A DNA stretch of 64,000 nt. It comes from Spirochaetia bacterium. GTDB taxonomy: Bacteria; Spirochaetota; Spirochaetia; UBA9216. Every line of letters begins with the position of its first letter. Position 1 is the stretch's first letter. Where the stretch lies: positions 384,001-448,000 of the forward strand of contig OZ223270.1 of assembly GCA_965140585.1 (NCBI GenBank). The letters run 5' to 3'. This document shows positions 27,936-37,106 of the stretch, piece by piece. The notes below the pieces were generated by a model. It was not told where the DNA came from. It saw nothing but the letters and a program-made list of their open reading frames with translations, and did not search any database. A program made the translations under genes and the position numbers.

Positions 27936-29078
27936 CTATATTTTGAAACCCTGCCTTGAAGCCGTCAGCAGCTTCGATTTAAGCAGGTTATTCTGCTTTT
28001 TTAGTACTGAAATTTCATACTGCTGACTTTTCACTGTCTCGATCAAATCCCCTTTTGTAAGGGTACCGCTGTGAAGCAGGTTTTCAAGCTCCTGTATTTT
28101 ATAGTCAAAATCTATCTCTGCTTCCATTTCCGCATTCTGGTAGCTCTCCTCCATTGTCTGGATCTCCAGTGCGGACTGGTCTTCTATACTTTTCTGAAGT
28201 ATTCTGTCTGTCATCCTGTAAACAGCCTGCGAAATTACAGATTCAGGTTTGTATTTGATTATTGGAAGTCTTGAATTAAGCGCTATATCCTGAAGATGAT
28301 CCCTGTAGATAACGCCCAGATATTCCATTTCGACACCAAGATACTGCTCACATGAGCGTTTTATCTTTTCAGCCTTAACAGAGTCTTTCGGATCATCGAT
28401 CATATTCATTACAATCATCGGCGAAAACGCGTTCATCTTTTTCTTTAATAAATTATATTTATCAGGATCAAGAGATTCAAGTTTTTCGAGTATTCCGGGA
28501 ATATAGATCCTTTGCAGACCCTCGCCGTCAGCAGCAAGCTCATCAAGATAGGCCTTTGCAGGACTTTTTCCGGTAAAACCGGTAGAAATCATTCTGAATA
28601 CTACGTTTTTCAGAAAAAGGTAGGCATTAAGTGTTGCTGTAAGAGCCGGTGCTGTAACAATTATTCCGGTACCTGACATCAGAAAGAAATCAAGGGTATT
28701 AAATGACGTTCCAGCACCGAGGTCAAGAATCAGAAAATCGGTATCAAGCTGACTTAAATGTTTTATCAGCTTCCGTTTCTGATTTGTCTGTATATTGGCA
28801 AGTCCGGGAATTTCAGCATCGCCGGGGATAAACTTCAGATTTTCATAACCGGAATCAAGCAGAATATCTTCAAACTCCACATTGTTTCTTGTAAGCCAGG
28901 TTCCTATACCTGCCTGGCTTCTTCCGGAGTCGAGCATCATATGCAGGTTTGAACCGCCCAGATCAAGGTCTGCAAGTACAGTTTTTTTACCGGCCTGAGC
29001 CAGGGCAATTGAAAGATTTACAGCGAGCAGAGATTTTCCGACACCGCCTTTTCCGCCTGCAACAGGTATAATTTTCAT
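27936..29078 (-). CDS. MinD/FlhG-like P-loop ATPase with C-terminal coiled coil
   Basis: GGKGGVGKS, DLDLGGSNLH, LDLGAG; GGAGG SD and TTGCGT-17-TATACT promoter upstream. Confidence 0.85.
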   Translation of the reverse strand: MKIIPVAGGKGGVGKSLLAVNLSIALAQAGKKTVLADLDLGGSNLHMMLDSGRSQAGIGTWLTRNNVEFEDILLDSGYENLKFIPGDAEIPGLANIQTNQKRKLIKHLSQLDTDFLILDLGAGTSFNTLDFFLMSGTGIIVTAPALTATLNAYLFLKNVVFRMISTGFTGKSPAKAYLDELAADGEGLQRIYIPGILEKLESLDPDKYNLLKKKMNAFSPMIVMNMIDDPKDSVKAEKIKRSCEQYLGVEMEYLGVIYRDHLQDIALNSRLPIIKYKPESVISQAVYRMTDRILQKSIEDQSALEIQTMEESYQNAEMEAEIDFDYKIQELENLLHSGTLTKGDLIETVKSQQYEISVLKKQNNLLKSKLLTASRQGFKI

Positions 29079-29197
29079 CTAATCCTCCGGTTATTGGGAA
29101 AGTATATCATGAAGAAAAAATCACGCAAAGCCTCAGAAAAAAACATGACTTGATGATTATCTTCTGTAACATTAAAATGAATACTGAAGAGGTTTTT

Positions 29198-30640
29198 ATG
29201 AAAAACAAAGAAAGATCAATATGGCTGATAGTTACGATAGTACTTGCAGCTGCCCTGACTTTTTCCTTAATAAGTCCGGGAAGCTCTCTGCAGCTAAGCA
29301 GCCAAAAAAATAACGACTACCTTATCAGGCTCGGCAGGCTTTTCGACATTATCGAGCAAAATTTTGTAGAAGATGTCTCACCTGAAACACTTTATGAAGG
29401 TGCAGCAAAGGGAATGTTTGAAAGTCTGGAGGATCCCTACTCGGTTTATCTTACAGCAGACGATATGGAAGATTTTTCAGATACAACCACCGGAAGTTTC
29501 GGCGGTGTCGGAATGTTTATATCAAAGCAGAGCGGAAAAAGACCCGAGCTCACGGCAGATTCTCCTTTCAGAGACCGATATTTTGATTTCGTCGAGGTTA
29601 TTTCACCGATCGAAGGCTCTCCGGCCTACCGTGCAGGAATATCCGCCGGTGATTTTATAATAGAAATTGACGGAGAATCGGCAGAAGGCCTTTCAACCGA
29701 TGAAGTTGCCGACAGACTCAGGGGAGAGCCCGGAACCGAGGTAAGCTACAAGATCCGGAGACTGGGAAATATCGAACGAGAAATAACAGTCAAGCGTGAA
29801 GTAATTGAAGTACCGACTGTAAAATACGCAATGATCGATGATGAAACGGCCTATCTTAAAATTGTCCGCTGGACGCCCTATACCGAAGAGAGTGTAAAGG
29901 AAGCAGTTGCATTCTTCGAAAAATCCGGCTACGCGTACCTTGTTGTCGATGTCCGCGGAAATCCGGGCGGCCTGCTTTCGAGTGTTGTTGATACAGCAGA
30001 TCTGTTTCTCGATAATGGAATGATAGTCAGTACCAAAAACCGGGATCAGATAAAGATTGAGGAATTTAAAGCAACCCGAAGAACTGATGTCGACGTAAGT
30101 ATTCCTGTCATCCTCCTTATAGACCGAGGCTCGGCCTCTGCATCAGAAATCCTTGCAGGAGCACTTAAGGACAACGACCGGGCATATCTGATAGGCGAAA
30201 CGTCCTTCGGAAAGGGTTCTGTTCAGCAGATAAGCGGTTTCGGAAACGGCGGATTCAAACTTACGACATCTAGATACTATACTCCATCAGGAATAAACAT
30301 TGACCATATCGGTATTGAACCTCAGAAGGAAATTAAAGAAGAGGAACTTTCTGATGAAGAACTTCTGGCACTTGAAAAACTGATAGAAAATAATTATATA
30401 CCCCTGTTTGTTGGAAAATATCCGGATGCAGGCGAAAACCGTATTTCAGCCTTTATTGAAGAACTGAAAGCAGAAGGAATTGATCTTGAAGATCGTCTGC
30501 TGAGACGGCTTATACGGGCTGAAATTAACAGAACCGAAAATGATCCTCCCATTTTTGACCTGGATTATGATATAGTACTACTGTACGCGGTTGACCTTTT
30601 CGAGTCTGGCGGGTACAAAGATTTAGATATTTTCAGATAA
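29198..30640 (+). CDS. ctpA: C-terminal processing protease (S41A, PDZ)
   Basis: DPYSVY, PDZ, DVRGNPGG, SASASEI, FGKGSVQ; start ATG 29198 with GAGG SD. Confidence 0.92.
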   Translation: MKNKERSIWLIVTIVLAAALTFSLISPGSSLQLSSQKNNDYLIRLGRLFDIIEQNFVEDVSPETLYEGAAKGMFESLEDPYSVYLTADDMEDFSDTTTGSFGGVGMFISKQSGKRPELTADSPFRDRYFDFVEVISPIEGSPAYRAGISAGDFIIEIDGESAEGLSTDEVADRLRGEPGTEVSYKIRRLGNIEREITVKREVIEVPTVKYAMIDDETAYLKIVRWTPYTEESVKEAVAFFEKSGYAYLVVDVRGNPGGLLSSVVDTADLFLDNGMIVSTKNRDQIKIEEFKATRRTDVDVSIPVILLIDRGSASASEILAGALKDNDRAYLIGETSFGKGSVQQISGFGNGGFKLTTSRYYTPSGINIDHIGIEPQKEIKEEELSDEELLALEKLIENNYIPLFVGKYPDAGENRISAFIEELKAEGIDLEDRLLRRLIRAEINRTENDPPIFDLDYDIVLLYAVDLFESGGYKDLDIFR

Positions 30641-30655
30641 AGTAACAGGATAAAA

Positions 30656-31435
30656 ATGAGACAGTTTGTATTGCCTGATGAATACATCGGGTCCGGACCT
30701 ATTACGCTGACCGGAGAAGAATACCGTTATCTGACCAGGGTTCTTAGAATGGGCCCCGGCCAGATGTTCAACGGGGTAAACCAGGACGGGCGGAAATTTA
30801 TTCTCACAATAAATGCTATGGATGAGATCAGCCTTACCGCCGACTGCATTGAGGTTGAAGATGAAAGGGATTCTAAAGAAGATATGCCGGAAATCATTCT
30901 TATTCAGTGCCTTCCCAAGGGGAAGAAGCTTGAAATGATAATAAGACAGGCTGTAGAAGCAGGTGTAGGGATGGTGATCCCTGTACAGAGTGAAAACAGC
31001 GTACCGGTAATAAAGGAAGACCGCTCAGCCTTTAAAAATGAAAGACTTAAAAAGATTGCCGTTGAGGCTGCTCAGCAGAGCGGCAATAAGGGTGTTCCGA
31101 CAATACTTTCACCGGTTAAGATGAAAGAACTTCCTGAACTTCTTCAGAAACTGGGTAAAAATTCCGGACAGAAACTTTTCTTTCATCAGGAACCGCTGGC
31201 CAACTGGTCTCTTCACAGGTACCTTATCGCGGATACTGAATCTGTTATTATTTTCATAGGTCCGGAAGGCGGCTTTTCAGAAAAAGAAACAGATTTTCTG
31301 CTTGCATCCGGATTCTATCCGGTATATCTTGGTGACAATATTCTGAGAACTGAAACAGCTGCGATATACGCGCTCGGAGCAGTAAAAACAATACTGCTGG
31401 AGAGGAAAGAGTGGAAAGCATACTGCCTGGAATAA
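30656..31435 (+). CDS. rsmE: 16S rRNA m3U1498 methyltransferase
   Basis: RVLRM, EAAQQS, IGPEGGFS, LGDNILRTETA. Confidence 0.95.
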   Translation: MRQFVLPDEYIGSGPITLTGEEYRYLTRVLRMGPGQMFNGVNQDGRKFILTINAMDEISLTADCIEVEDERDSKEDMPEIILIQCLPKGKKLEMIIRQAVEAGVGMVIPVQSENSVPVIKEDRSAFKNERLKKIAVEAAQQSGNKGVPTILSPVKMKELPELLQKLGKNSGQKLFFHQEPLANWSLHRYLIADTESVIIFIGPEGGFSEKETDFLLASGFYPVYLGDNILRTETAAIYALGAVKTILLERKEWKAYCLE

Positions 31436-32163
31436 AAAGAATCGACTTTCTTAAAGTCCCTGTAGATATAATTCCTGCTGAGGACCTTGAGGAAGTTTTT
31501 AAACATCTTGCTGACAACGGGAAGAAAAACCAGATTGTCCTGATAAATTTTTTTGATCTGATGAGAGCCAGACGCAATAAGGAATATTTGAAAACGCTCA
31601 ATGAAGCTGCACTTGTAATTCCTACTGCAAAATCGATAATCAGCGGAATAAATTTTTTAAAAAAAGGTCAGGCCTTCCGATATAGACCCTTTGATTTTGT
31701 TATTAAAGCCCTGGGTGTTATGGAAATCCAGAAAAAATCTTTATACCTGATAGGCGGAAAAACACATTCGCTGCAGACAGTATTCAGCAATATGAAAATT
31801 TCATTCCCGGGTTTAAATATAGTCGGAAGGTATTCAGGCTACTATTCTGCAGCGATGGAAGAAAACATCCTCGTTGCAATTAAAAAAGCGGCACCGACGT
31901 TTCTGCTTGCCGGAAACGGCCTTAAGGGGAAGGATCGCTGGCTTAACCGGCATAGAGACAGTTTCAATCCCGGAATTTTTCTATGGTGTGCGGAGTGCTA
32001 TGCAATTTTCAGCGGAAAAAAGGCAAAGGGATCAAAGAAAAGCTGGGAAAACGGCACTGAAGTAATTTCTGAAGTACTAAGAAACCCTCTGAAAATATTC
32101 AGAGTATTCATACGGCTTTACTACCTGATACTTTTAGTTATCTACAAAATTTCTTCAAAATAA
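31411..32163 (+). CDS. WecB/TagA/CpsF (GT26) glycosyltransferase-like protein
   Basis: LYLIGG, FPGLNIVGRYSGY, APTFLLAG; divergent spirochaete form. Confidence 0.75.
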   Translation: MESILPGIKRIDFLKVPVDIIPAEDLEEVFKHLADNGKKNQIVLINFFDLMRARRNKEYLKTLNEAALVIPTAKSIISGINFLKKGQAFRYRPFDFVIKALGVMEIQKKSLYLIGGKTHSLQTVFSNMKISFPGLNIVGRYSGYYSAAMEENILVAIKKAAPTFLLAGNGLKGKDRWLNRHRDSFNPGIFLWCAECYAIFSGKKAKGSKKSWENGTEVISEVLRNPLKIFRVFIRLYYLILLVIYKISSK

Positions 32164-32171
32164 AAACGATC

Positions 32172-32618
32172 CTACTCATACAATCGCATGTATTCATAAG
32201 CTTCACGAAGCCGTGGTTCCATATTTCTGGTTATAATACGGCCGGCCAGAGTTCTGATGACAGGGAAAAAACTCAGGGCGCCAATCAAATCGGTAATAAA
32301 CCCCGGACAGAGCAGCATTATACCTCCGAAAAGAGCCCCGGCAAGAGAAAGCATTTCTCTCCCCGGATATAAGCCCTCTGCTGATTTTATTTTAATATGC
32401 TTAACAATGCCCCGGATATCACGGTATGCAAGAAAAAGACCTGCCAGACCGGTTAGTGCAGCAACGGCAAGGGTGAAATAGATACCCAGAAATTCTCCAA
32501 GAAATTGAATTAGCATTATTTCAGCAAGCGGAATTATCGATATAAGAAGCAGCATAAATGCCGATTTCAGGATGAAACCGGTATCCAGCATTTTAAGCAG
32601 AAATCTTGTATTCAACAT
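32172..32618 (-). CDS. fxsA: FxsA family membrane protein
   Basis: PLAEI, LLCPGFITDLIG. Confidence 0.85.
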   Translation of the reverse strand: MLNTRFLLKMLDTGFILKSAFMLLLISIIPLAEIMLIQFLGEFLGIYFTLAVAALTGLAGLFLAYRDIRGIVKHIKIKSAEGLYPGREMLSLAGALFGGIMLLCPGFITDLIGALSFFPVIRTLAGRIITRNMEPRLREAYEYMRLYE

Positions 32619-32625
32619 AGGAAAA

Positions 32626-32654
32626 AAGATACCACAGCGTCAGAACTTGGGCAA
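32626..32654 (-). promoter_or_regulatory. Sigma-70 promoter, probably leaderless fxsA transcript
   Basis: TTGCCC-17-TATCTT with TGn extension, 7 nt before the ATG. Confidence 0.6.
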
Positions 32655-32665
32655 GCAGGTGCGGA

Positions 32666-33319
32666 TCAATGAACATCCATATGAGAGGCAGCGGGAATAC
32701 ACCAACCGGCATGAGTAGAGGTAAGAATAAAATCTTCAGACTTACAATAATCACCGAGTTTGGATCTAAGCCTGGAAACTGCCATATCAGCAGCTCTGGA
32801 GCCGTTTACACGGGTATTTAAGGCAGAATTAAGCAAATCCCGGTTTAAAAAAGTTCCCCGATACATCAGCAGCATCCGTAACACTGTTCGTTCGCTTTTA
32901 CTTAGGAATATCCGGCAGGACTGCCTTAGTTCTTTATTATTCAAATGAATAAATCCTGAGGGCTTCAGATGTAACTCCCAGCCGGTCAAATAAAGTTTTT
33001 CTCTATCCAGCAGTTTACCGCATCTGGCAGTAAGTTCATCAGGAGTCCATGGCTCACATAAATAATCTGCAGCCCCGGCTGACATCGCAGCGCTTATATA
33101 TTCATGGGGTCCGTATAGAATAACCGGGTTTAAGATCGCAAAAGATTCCGGTAAAGTCTTAAAGGCTGCAGTATTTAGAATATAAACAGAATATTTTTTC
33201 TTAAAATCGGGCTTTTCAGTAAAAAAAAACTGTATAGCCGGAAAACTCCGAATATACAGTTCTATTTTAGTCTTTGTTAATACGCTGCAGCCGGAAATAT
33301 TAATCCTTGCAGCATCCAA
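32666..33319 (-). CDS. OmpR-like winged-helix regulator with degenerate receiver
   Basis: GAADYLCEPW (Lys replaced), LSKSE, SRAADMAVSRLRSKL. Confidence 0.7.
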   Translation of the reverse strand: MDAARINISGCSVLTKTKIELYIRSFPAIQFFFTEKPDFKKKYSVYILNTAAFKTLPESFAILNPVILYGPHEYISAAMSAGAADYLCEPWTPDELTARCGKLLDREKLYLTGWELHLKPSGFIHLNNKELRQSCRIFLSKSERTVLRMLLMYRGTFLNRDLLNSALNTRVNGSRAADMAVSRLRSKLGDYCKSEDFILTSTHAGWCIPAASHMDVH

Positions 33320-33325
33320 AACGAA

Positions 33326-33877
33326 TTATCCCAGAAAAACCTGTCCGGAATTATCTATCGCAAGGATTGTTCTGCATTCAGAACATCTGAACCGGCCGGC
33401 TCTGGTTGCACGAAGTCTTCTTGAACAAATGGGACACTGAAAAATCTTTGGAAAGACATCAGAGTTTCTAGTACCGCCATTTGCACCGAAAAAGTCAACA
33501 GCCTCATTAAGATTATCCTTGATATTAAAAAACTGGGAAAACCCTAAGAGCTGGAATACTTCATAAACCTTAGGCTGAATCTCAAGCAGAACGAGGTCTC
33601 CGCCTCTCGGCCTTACTGCCTTTAGAAATGCAGTAAAAGAACCTATACCGGTACTTGAAACGTAGTTAAGCCCGCTGCAATTAAAGATAAGTTTTGTAAA
33701 ACCGGCTTCAATGGCCTTTGTAACTCTTTTCTGAAAGAAGTTAGAGTTATAAGTATCAATATATCCTGTCAGAAAAAGAACAAGACATCCTTCAACACCT
33801 TCGACACTCTGAAGTTTAATTCGGAGACTGTCATCTTTTTCTTCATCAAATCCGGTTACTATATCATTATTACTCAT
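33326..33877 (-). CDS. Anti-sigma factor antagonist (STAS) with C-terminal Zn ribbon
   Basis: GYIDTYNS, LNYVSSTGIG, CPIC...CSEC. Confidence 0.9.
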   Translation of the reverse strand: MSNNDIVTGFDEEKDDSLRIKLQSVEGVEGCLVLFLTGYIDTYNSNFFQKRVTKAIEAGFTKLIFNCSGLNYVSSTGIGSFTAFLKAVRPRGGDLVLLEIQPKVYEVFQLLGFSQFFNIKDNLNEAVDFFGANGGTRNSDVFPKIFQCPICSRRLRATRAGRFRCSECRTILAIDNSGQVFLG

Positions 33878-33994
33878 TGTTCCTCAACCCGTGTATAATT
33901 TTATCAGTCAAATCATAGTTTTTCAATACGATATTAAATTTATACTATATGATCGGATAGTTTTTCAAGAAATTTATAATTTATTTTTAATTTC

Positions 33995-34023
33995 TTGACC
34001 GATATGCCTTTAAATTTTAAAAT
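33995..34023 (+). promoter_or_regulatory. Sigma-70 promoter, probably leaderless transcript
   Basis: TTGACC-17-TAAAAT, 7 nt before ATG 34031. Confidence 0.65.
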
Positions 34024-34030
34024 TACGGTA

Positions 34031-34507
34031 ATGAAAAAGCAAGCAATAAAAATATCAGCAGTTTTTTTCATCTTCATGGTTTTGACATGTTTTACGGTCG
34101 CAGCCGATCCTGCCGTCAATATGGCAGATCTTTCGATAACTATCAAGACCCTTGCAGATGCCGTAGCCGCTGGCAGCCCGCCTGAACCCGGAACACAGGT
34201 AATCCTGAACGGAACAGCAATATCAAGAATGGTTATAGAACCGGATCCTGCTAATTTTACCGGGCAGATTATTCTGGCAAACGGCAGCTGGATTAACTCA
34301 GATCAGGTTGTTATGAATAAATGCATAGTTCTACTTTCAGGAGCCGAATTTTCAAAGACAATTCCTGTAAGACGTTCCAGAACCGTTGATCCTGAAGAAA
34401 TCGTATTAAATTCAGAAATACTGATAGCCGGTTATTTTGCAGGCACCGCCGAAACAGAGGAAGGTCTTCTTCCGGTTGTTGTGGCTACCGGAATACGAAA
34501 ACTGTAA
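34031..34507 (+). CDS. Hypothetical secreted protein (possible OB-fold)
   Basis: MKKQAIK signal peptide; start moved because the TTG at 33995 is the -35 box. Confidence 0.65.
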   Translation: MKKQAIKISAVFFIFMVLTCFTVAADPAVNMADLSITIKTLADAVAAGSPPEPGTQVILNGTAISRMVIEPDPANFTGQIILANGSWINSDQVVMNKCIVLLSGAEFSKTIPVRRSRTVDPEEIVLNSEILIAGYFAGTAETEEGLLPVVVATGIRKL

Positions 34508-34513
34508 GAACAC

Positions 34514-35653
34514 TCAGAAAATAATATCTGCCGCTAAAATCTTTTCTTTTTCAGCGGAACAGGCGCTTCTTAAAATAACATTATATAATTCTCTGACATT
34601 ACCGGGCCAGTCGTAATCAAAAAGGATTTCATATCCGCTGTCACTCATTGTTACGTTCAATTGTAGAGCATCACTGATTTCAGAAAGAAAGCATTCAACA
34701 AGATCCGGTATATCCTCAATTCGCTCACGCAGCGGAGGAATATGCAGAACCAGGACCTTTATACGATGAAGCAGGTCCAGGCGGAAATTGCCATTTTTTA
34801 CCTCTTCATCAAGATTCCTGTTAGTTGCAGAAATAAGCCTCACATCAACAGGAATCTCATTGTTTCCTCCGATCCTCTTAATGGTTTTTGTCTCAAGGGT
34901 TCTTAAAAATTCAACCTGCAGGGAAATATCAAGTTCTCCTATTTCATCAAGAAAAAGGCTGCCTTTATTCGCATGCTCAAAACAGCCCTTTCTTTTAACT
35001 GCACCTGTGAATGCTCCTGGTTCGGAGCCAAAGAGCTCTGTTCCGCAAATTCCTGAAGGAATAGCTCCGGCATTTAATGCATGAAATTTTTTCCTGGAAC
35101 GTTGTGAATAGTCATGAATCAACCCAGCAACCAGTTCTTTTCCGGTACCGCTTTCACCTGTTATCAGCACTGGTGCAGGAAATTTTGCCAGTTTTATAAT
35201 ATCAAGCTTTAATTTCCTGATAGCCGGAGATTTTCCGATAATACGATCAATCTCCTTACCGGAAGAGTTCAGTATCTCATATCTTCCGCTGCACAGAACC
35301 CCGCCGAGAATCAATCTAAAAGTTTCCTGCAGACGCTCCAGATCATCAGGAATAATCAAATAATCAAGAACTCCCTCTTTCAGCAGTTTTACACCTGCTT
35401 TAGTATCCGGATTTCTTGTAAGGCATACAATCGGCGGCTGAGCAAAATATCTGCATGTTTTTCTAATAATCTTTATACAGCTGAGGACATCAACAACGGT
35501 TCCAGCCGCGATTAAATCAAACTCCCCGTCATCAATCAAGTTCAGGCCTTCCTGAAAAGATCTGACGGTTGTTACTATAAAATCCGCCGGAATAAAAGTC
35601 TGGAACAGCACACTGTCATTAAGATTACTCTCAATGTGTAATACTCTAATCAT
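34514..35653 (-). CDS. Sigma-54 enhancer-binding protein (pseudo-receiver plus AAA+), no C-terminal HTH
   Basis: GESGTGKE, GAFTGA, FLDEIGE, SATNRNL, WPGNVREL; ends about 20 aa later. Confidence 0.88.
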   Translation of the reverse strand: MIRVLHIESNLNDSVLFQTFIPADFIVTTVRSFQEGLNLIDDGEFDLIAAGTVVDVLSCIKIIRKTCRYFAQPPIVCLTRNPDTKAGVKLLKEGVLDYLIIPDDLERLQETFRLILGGVLCSGRYEILNSSGKEIDRIIGKSPAIRKLKLDIIKLAKFPAPVLITGESGTGKELVAGLIHDYSQRSRKKFHALNAGAIPSGICGTELFGSEPGAFTGAVKRKGCFEHANKGSLFLDEIGELDISLQVEFLRTLETKTIKRIGGNNEIPVDVRLISATNRNLDEEVKNGNFRLDLLHRIKVLVLHIPPLRERIEDIPDLVECFLSEISDALQLNVTMSDSGYEILFDYDWPGNVRELYNVILRSACSAEKEKILAADIIF

Positions 35654-35761
35654 TTTAAATACAGTTTTTACAATTTAATATTATTTTATGTGTGCTATTC
35701 TAAATTGAAAAGATTAATCCTGCAAGGATTTTCATAATTCAGGCATACCACTTTGTGGGTA

Positions 35762-36091
35762 TCAGTTCAATTTTACAGCAGTTCCATAAATAAGGAACTC
35801 TGCAGCCCCCTGCATCATACTGGTAGTAGCAAATTTCAAACCGACTATAGCATCTGCACCCAGAGATTCAGCATCTTCAATCAGCCTGTCTATTGCCTGC
35901 TCACGGGACTCTGCCATCATTTTTGTATAATCGGTAATTTCACCGCCAACGATGTTTTTAAATCCGGCCATAATATCTTTGCCCATGTGGCGGGCTCGGA
36001 TAGTATTTCCCCGGACAAGCCCGAAAACCTTTACGATTTCTCTTCCGGGAACAGAATCAGTAGTTACAAGAATCATTCCGCTATCGCTCAT
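35762..36091 (-). CDS. YbjQ/UPF0145 family protein
   Basis: GLVRGNTIRARHMGKD, GGEITDYT, GADAIVG, YGTAV. Confidence 0.92.
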   Translation of the reverse strand: MSDSGMILVTTDSVPGREIVKVFGLVRGNTIRARHMGKDIMAGFKNIVGGEITDYTKMMAESREQAIDRLIEDAESLGADAIVGLKFATTSMMQGAAEFLIYGTAVKLN

Positions 36092-36522
36092 TTAATAATC
36101 TCCCTGTATTTATCAGTCTTTCTTTCATTAATCCTGTCTGTCAACGCTGTTAAAAATAAGACTATAACGGAAACGATAGAACCTGCAACCAGTATTTTTA
36201 TGAAAATTCCTTCAGTGTTATCCGTAAAAAACATAAAAAGCAGGTAGGCTATTATTAACAGATTAAAGCCCAGTACCATAAAAAATCCTAATCGACTTGT
36301 AAATTTGCGTTTTCTGCTTTTATAAAGTTTTTCCAACCACTCATCCTGCGGTGGTGCCGGAGTAAAACCGCTTAACTGTTTTTTCAGCTTCAGCATTGAT
36401 TTATACTCTTCACGACATATATAACATGATTCTATATGATCTACGACTTCAGATATTTCACTTTCTTCCAGTTCATTATCGATAAGTGCCTGAGTTTTTA
36501 ATTTTGCTTCATCACAATTCAT
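36088..36522 (-). CDS. Zinc-finger (zf-HC2) membrane anti-sigma factor
   Basis: MNC...HIESCYIC (HxxxCxxC), two TM, DKYREI tail; start ATG 36522. Confidence 0.85.
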   Translation of the reverse strand: MNCDEAKLKTQALIDNELEESEISEVVDHIESCYICREEYKSMLKLKKQLSGFTPAPPQDEWLEKLYKSRKRKFTSRLGFFMVLGFNLLIIAYLLFMFFTDNTEGIFIKILVAGSIVSVIVLFLTALTDRINERKTDKYREIIK

Positions 36523-37015
36523 ATTCTGCCTCCAGTTTGCTTTTAAGTAGTTTTCTGGCATTGTAGAGCCTGGACATAACAGTCCCCTTTGGAATATCCA
36601 GAATATCTGCTATTTCTTCATATGAGCATTCATCAAAATGTTTCAGAATTATTATTTCGCGATGCTGAGGAGGAAGAGACATAACTGCCTTGTATATCTC
36701 TCGTTTTGACTCATCTCTAACCGCAGAGTCCTCAACTGAATCACGGCCTCTGCATAAATCGGGAAATTCCAGACTTGTTTCTGAGCTTGATTTCTTTTTG
36801 CTTCTATTTATACATAAATTCTTTGTAATTCTGTACAGCCATGGAAAGACCGGTCTGGACTGATCAAAGTTTTTAAAGTTACGCCAGGCTCTGTAAAACA
36901 CTTCCTGAGTAATATCAGCTGCATCCTCACGATTAAAAACCATTCTGCACGCTGCCGCATAGACTCTCCGGTCATAGGCTCTGAATATACTTATAAATGC
37001 ATCTCTGTCGCTCAT
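36512..37015 (-). CDS. ECF RNA polymerase sigma factor (SigW/RpoE-like)
   Basis: DAADITQEVF, WLYRITKNLC, SYEEIADILDIPKGTVMSRLYNAR. Confidence 0.92.
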   Translation of the reverse strand: MSDRDAFISIFRAYDRRVYAAACRMVFNREDAADITQEVFYRAWRNFKNFDQSRPVFPWLYRITKNLCINRSKKKSSSETSLEFPDLCRGRDSVEDSAVRDESKREIYKAVMSLPPQHREIIILKHFDECSYEEIADILDIPKGTVMSRLYNARKLLKSKLEAEYEL

Positions 37016-37068
37016 ACCTTATTATACACAGTTACAGACATGGAATATTCATTTTTTTTCCGGCATTC

Positions 37069-37097
37069 TTGCAATATGAATACCGGCATGATAAAAT
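37069..37097 (+). promoter_or_regulatory. Sigma-70 promoter, leaderless or near-leaderless
   Basis: TTGCAA-17-TAAAAT with TGn, 9 nt before ATG 37107. Confidence 0.6.
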
Positions 37098-37106
37098 TCA
37101 CTAATC

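Noticed and set aside
35700-35760. Possible sigma-54 promoter upstream of the enhancer-binding protein
   Set aside because: TTGCA is present on the minus strand but there is no GG at the required distance.
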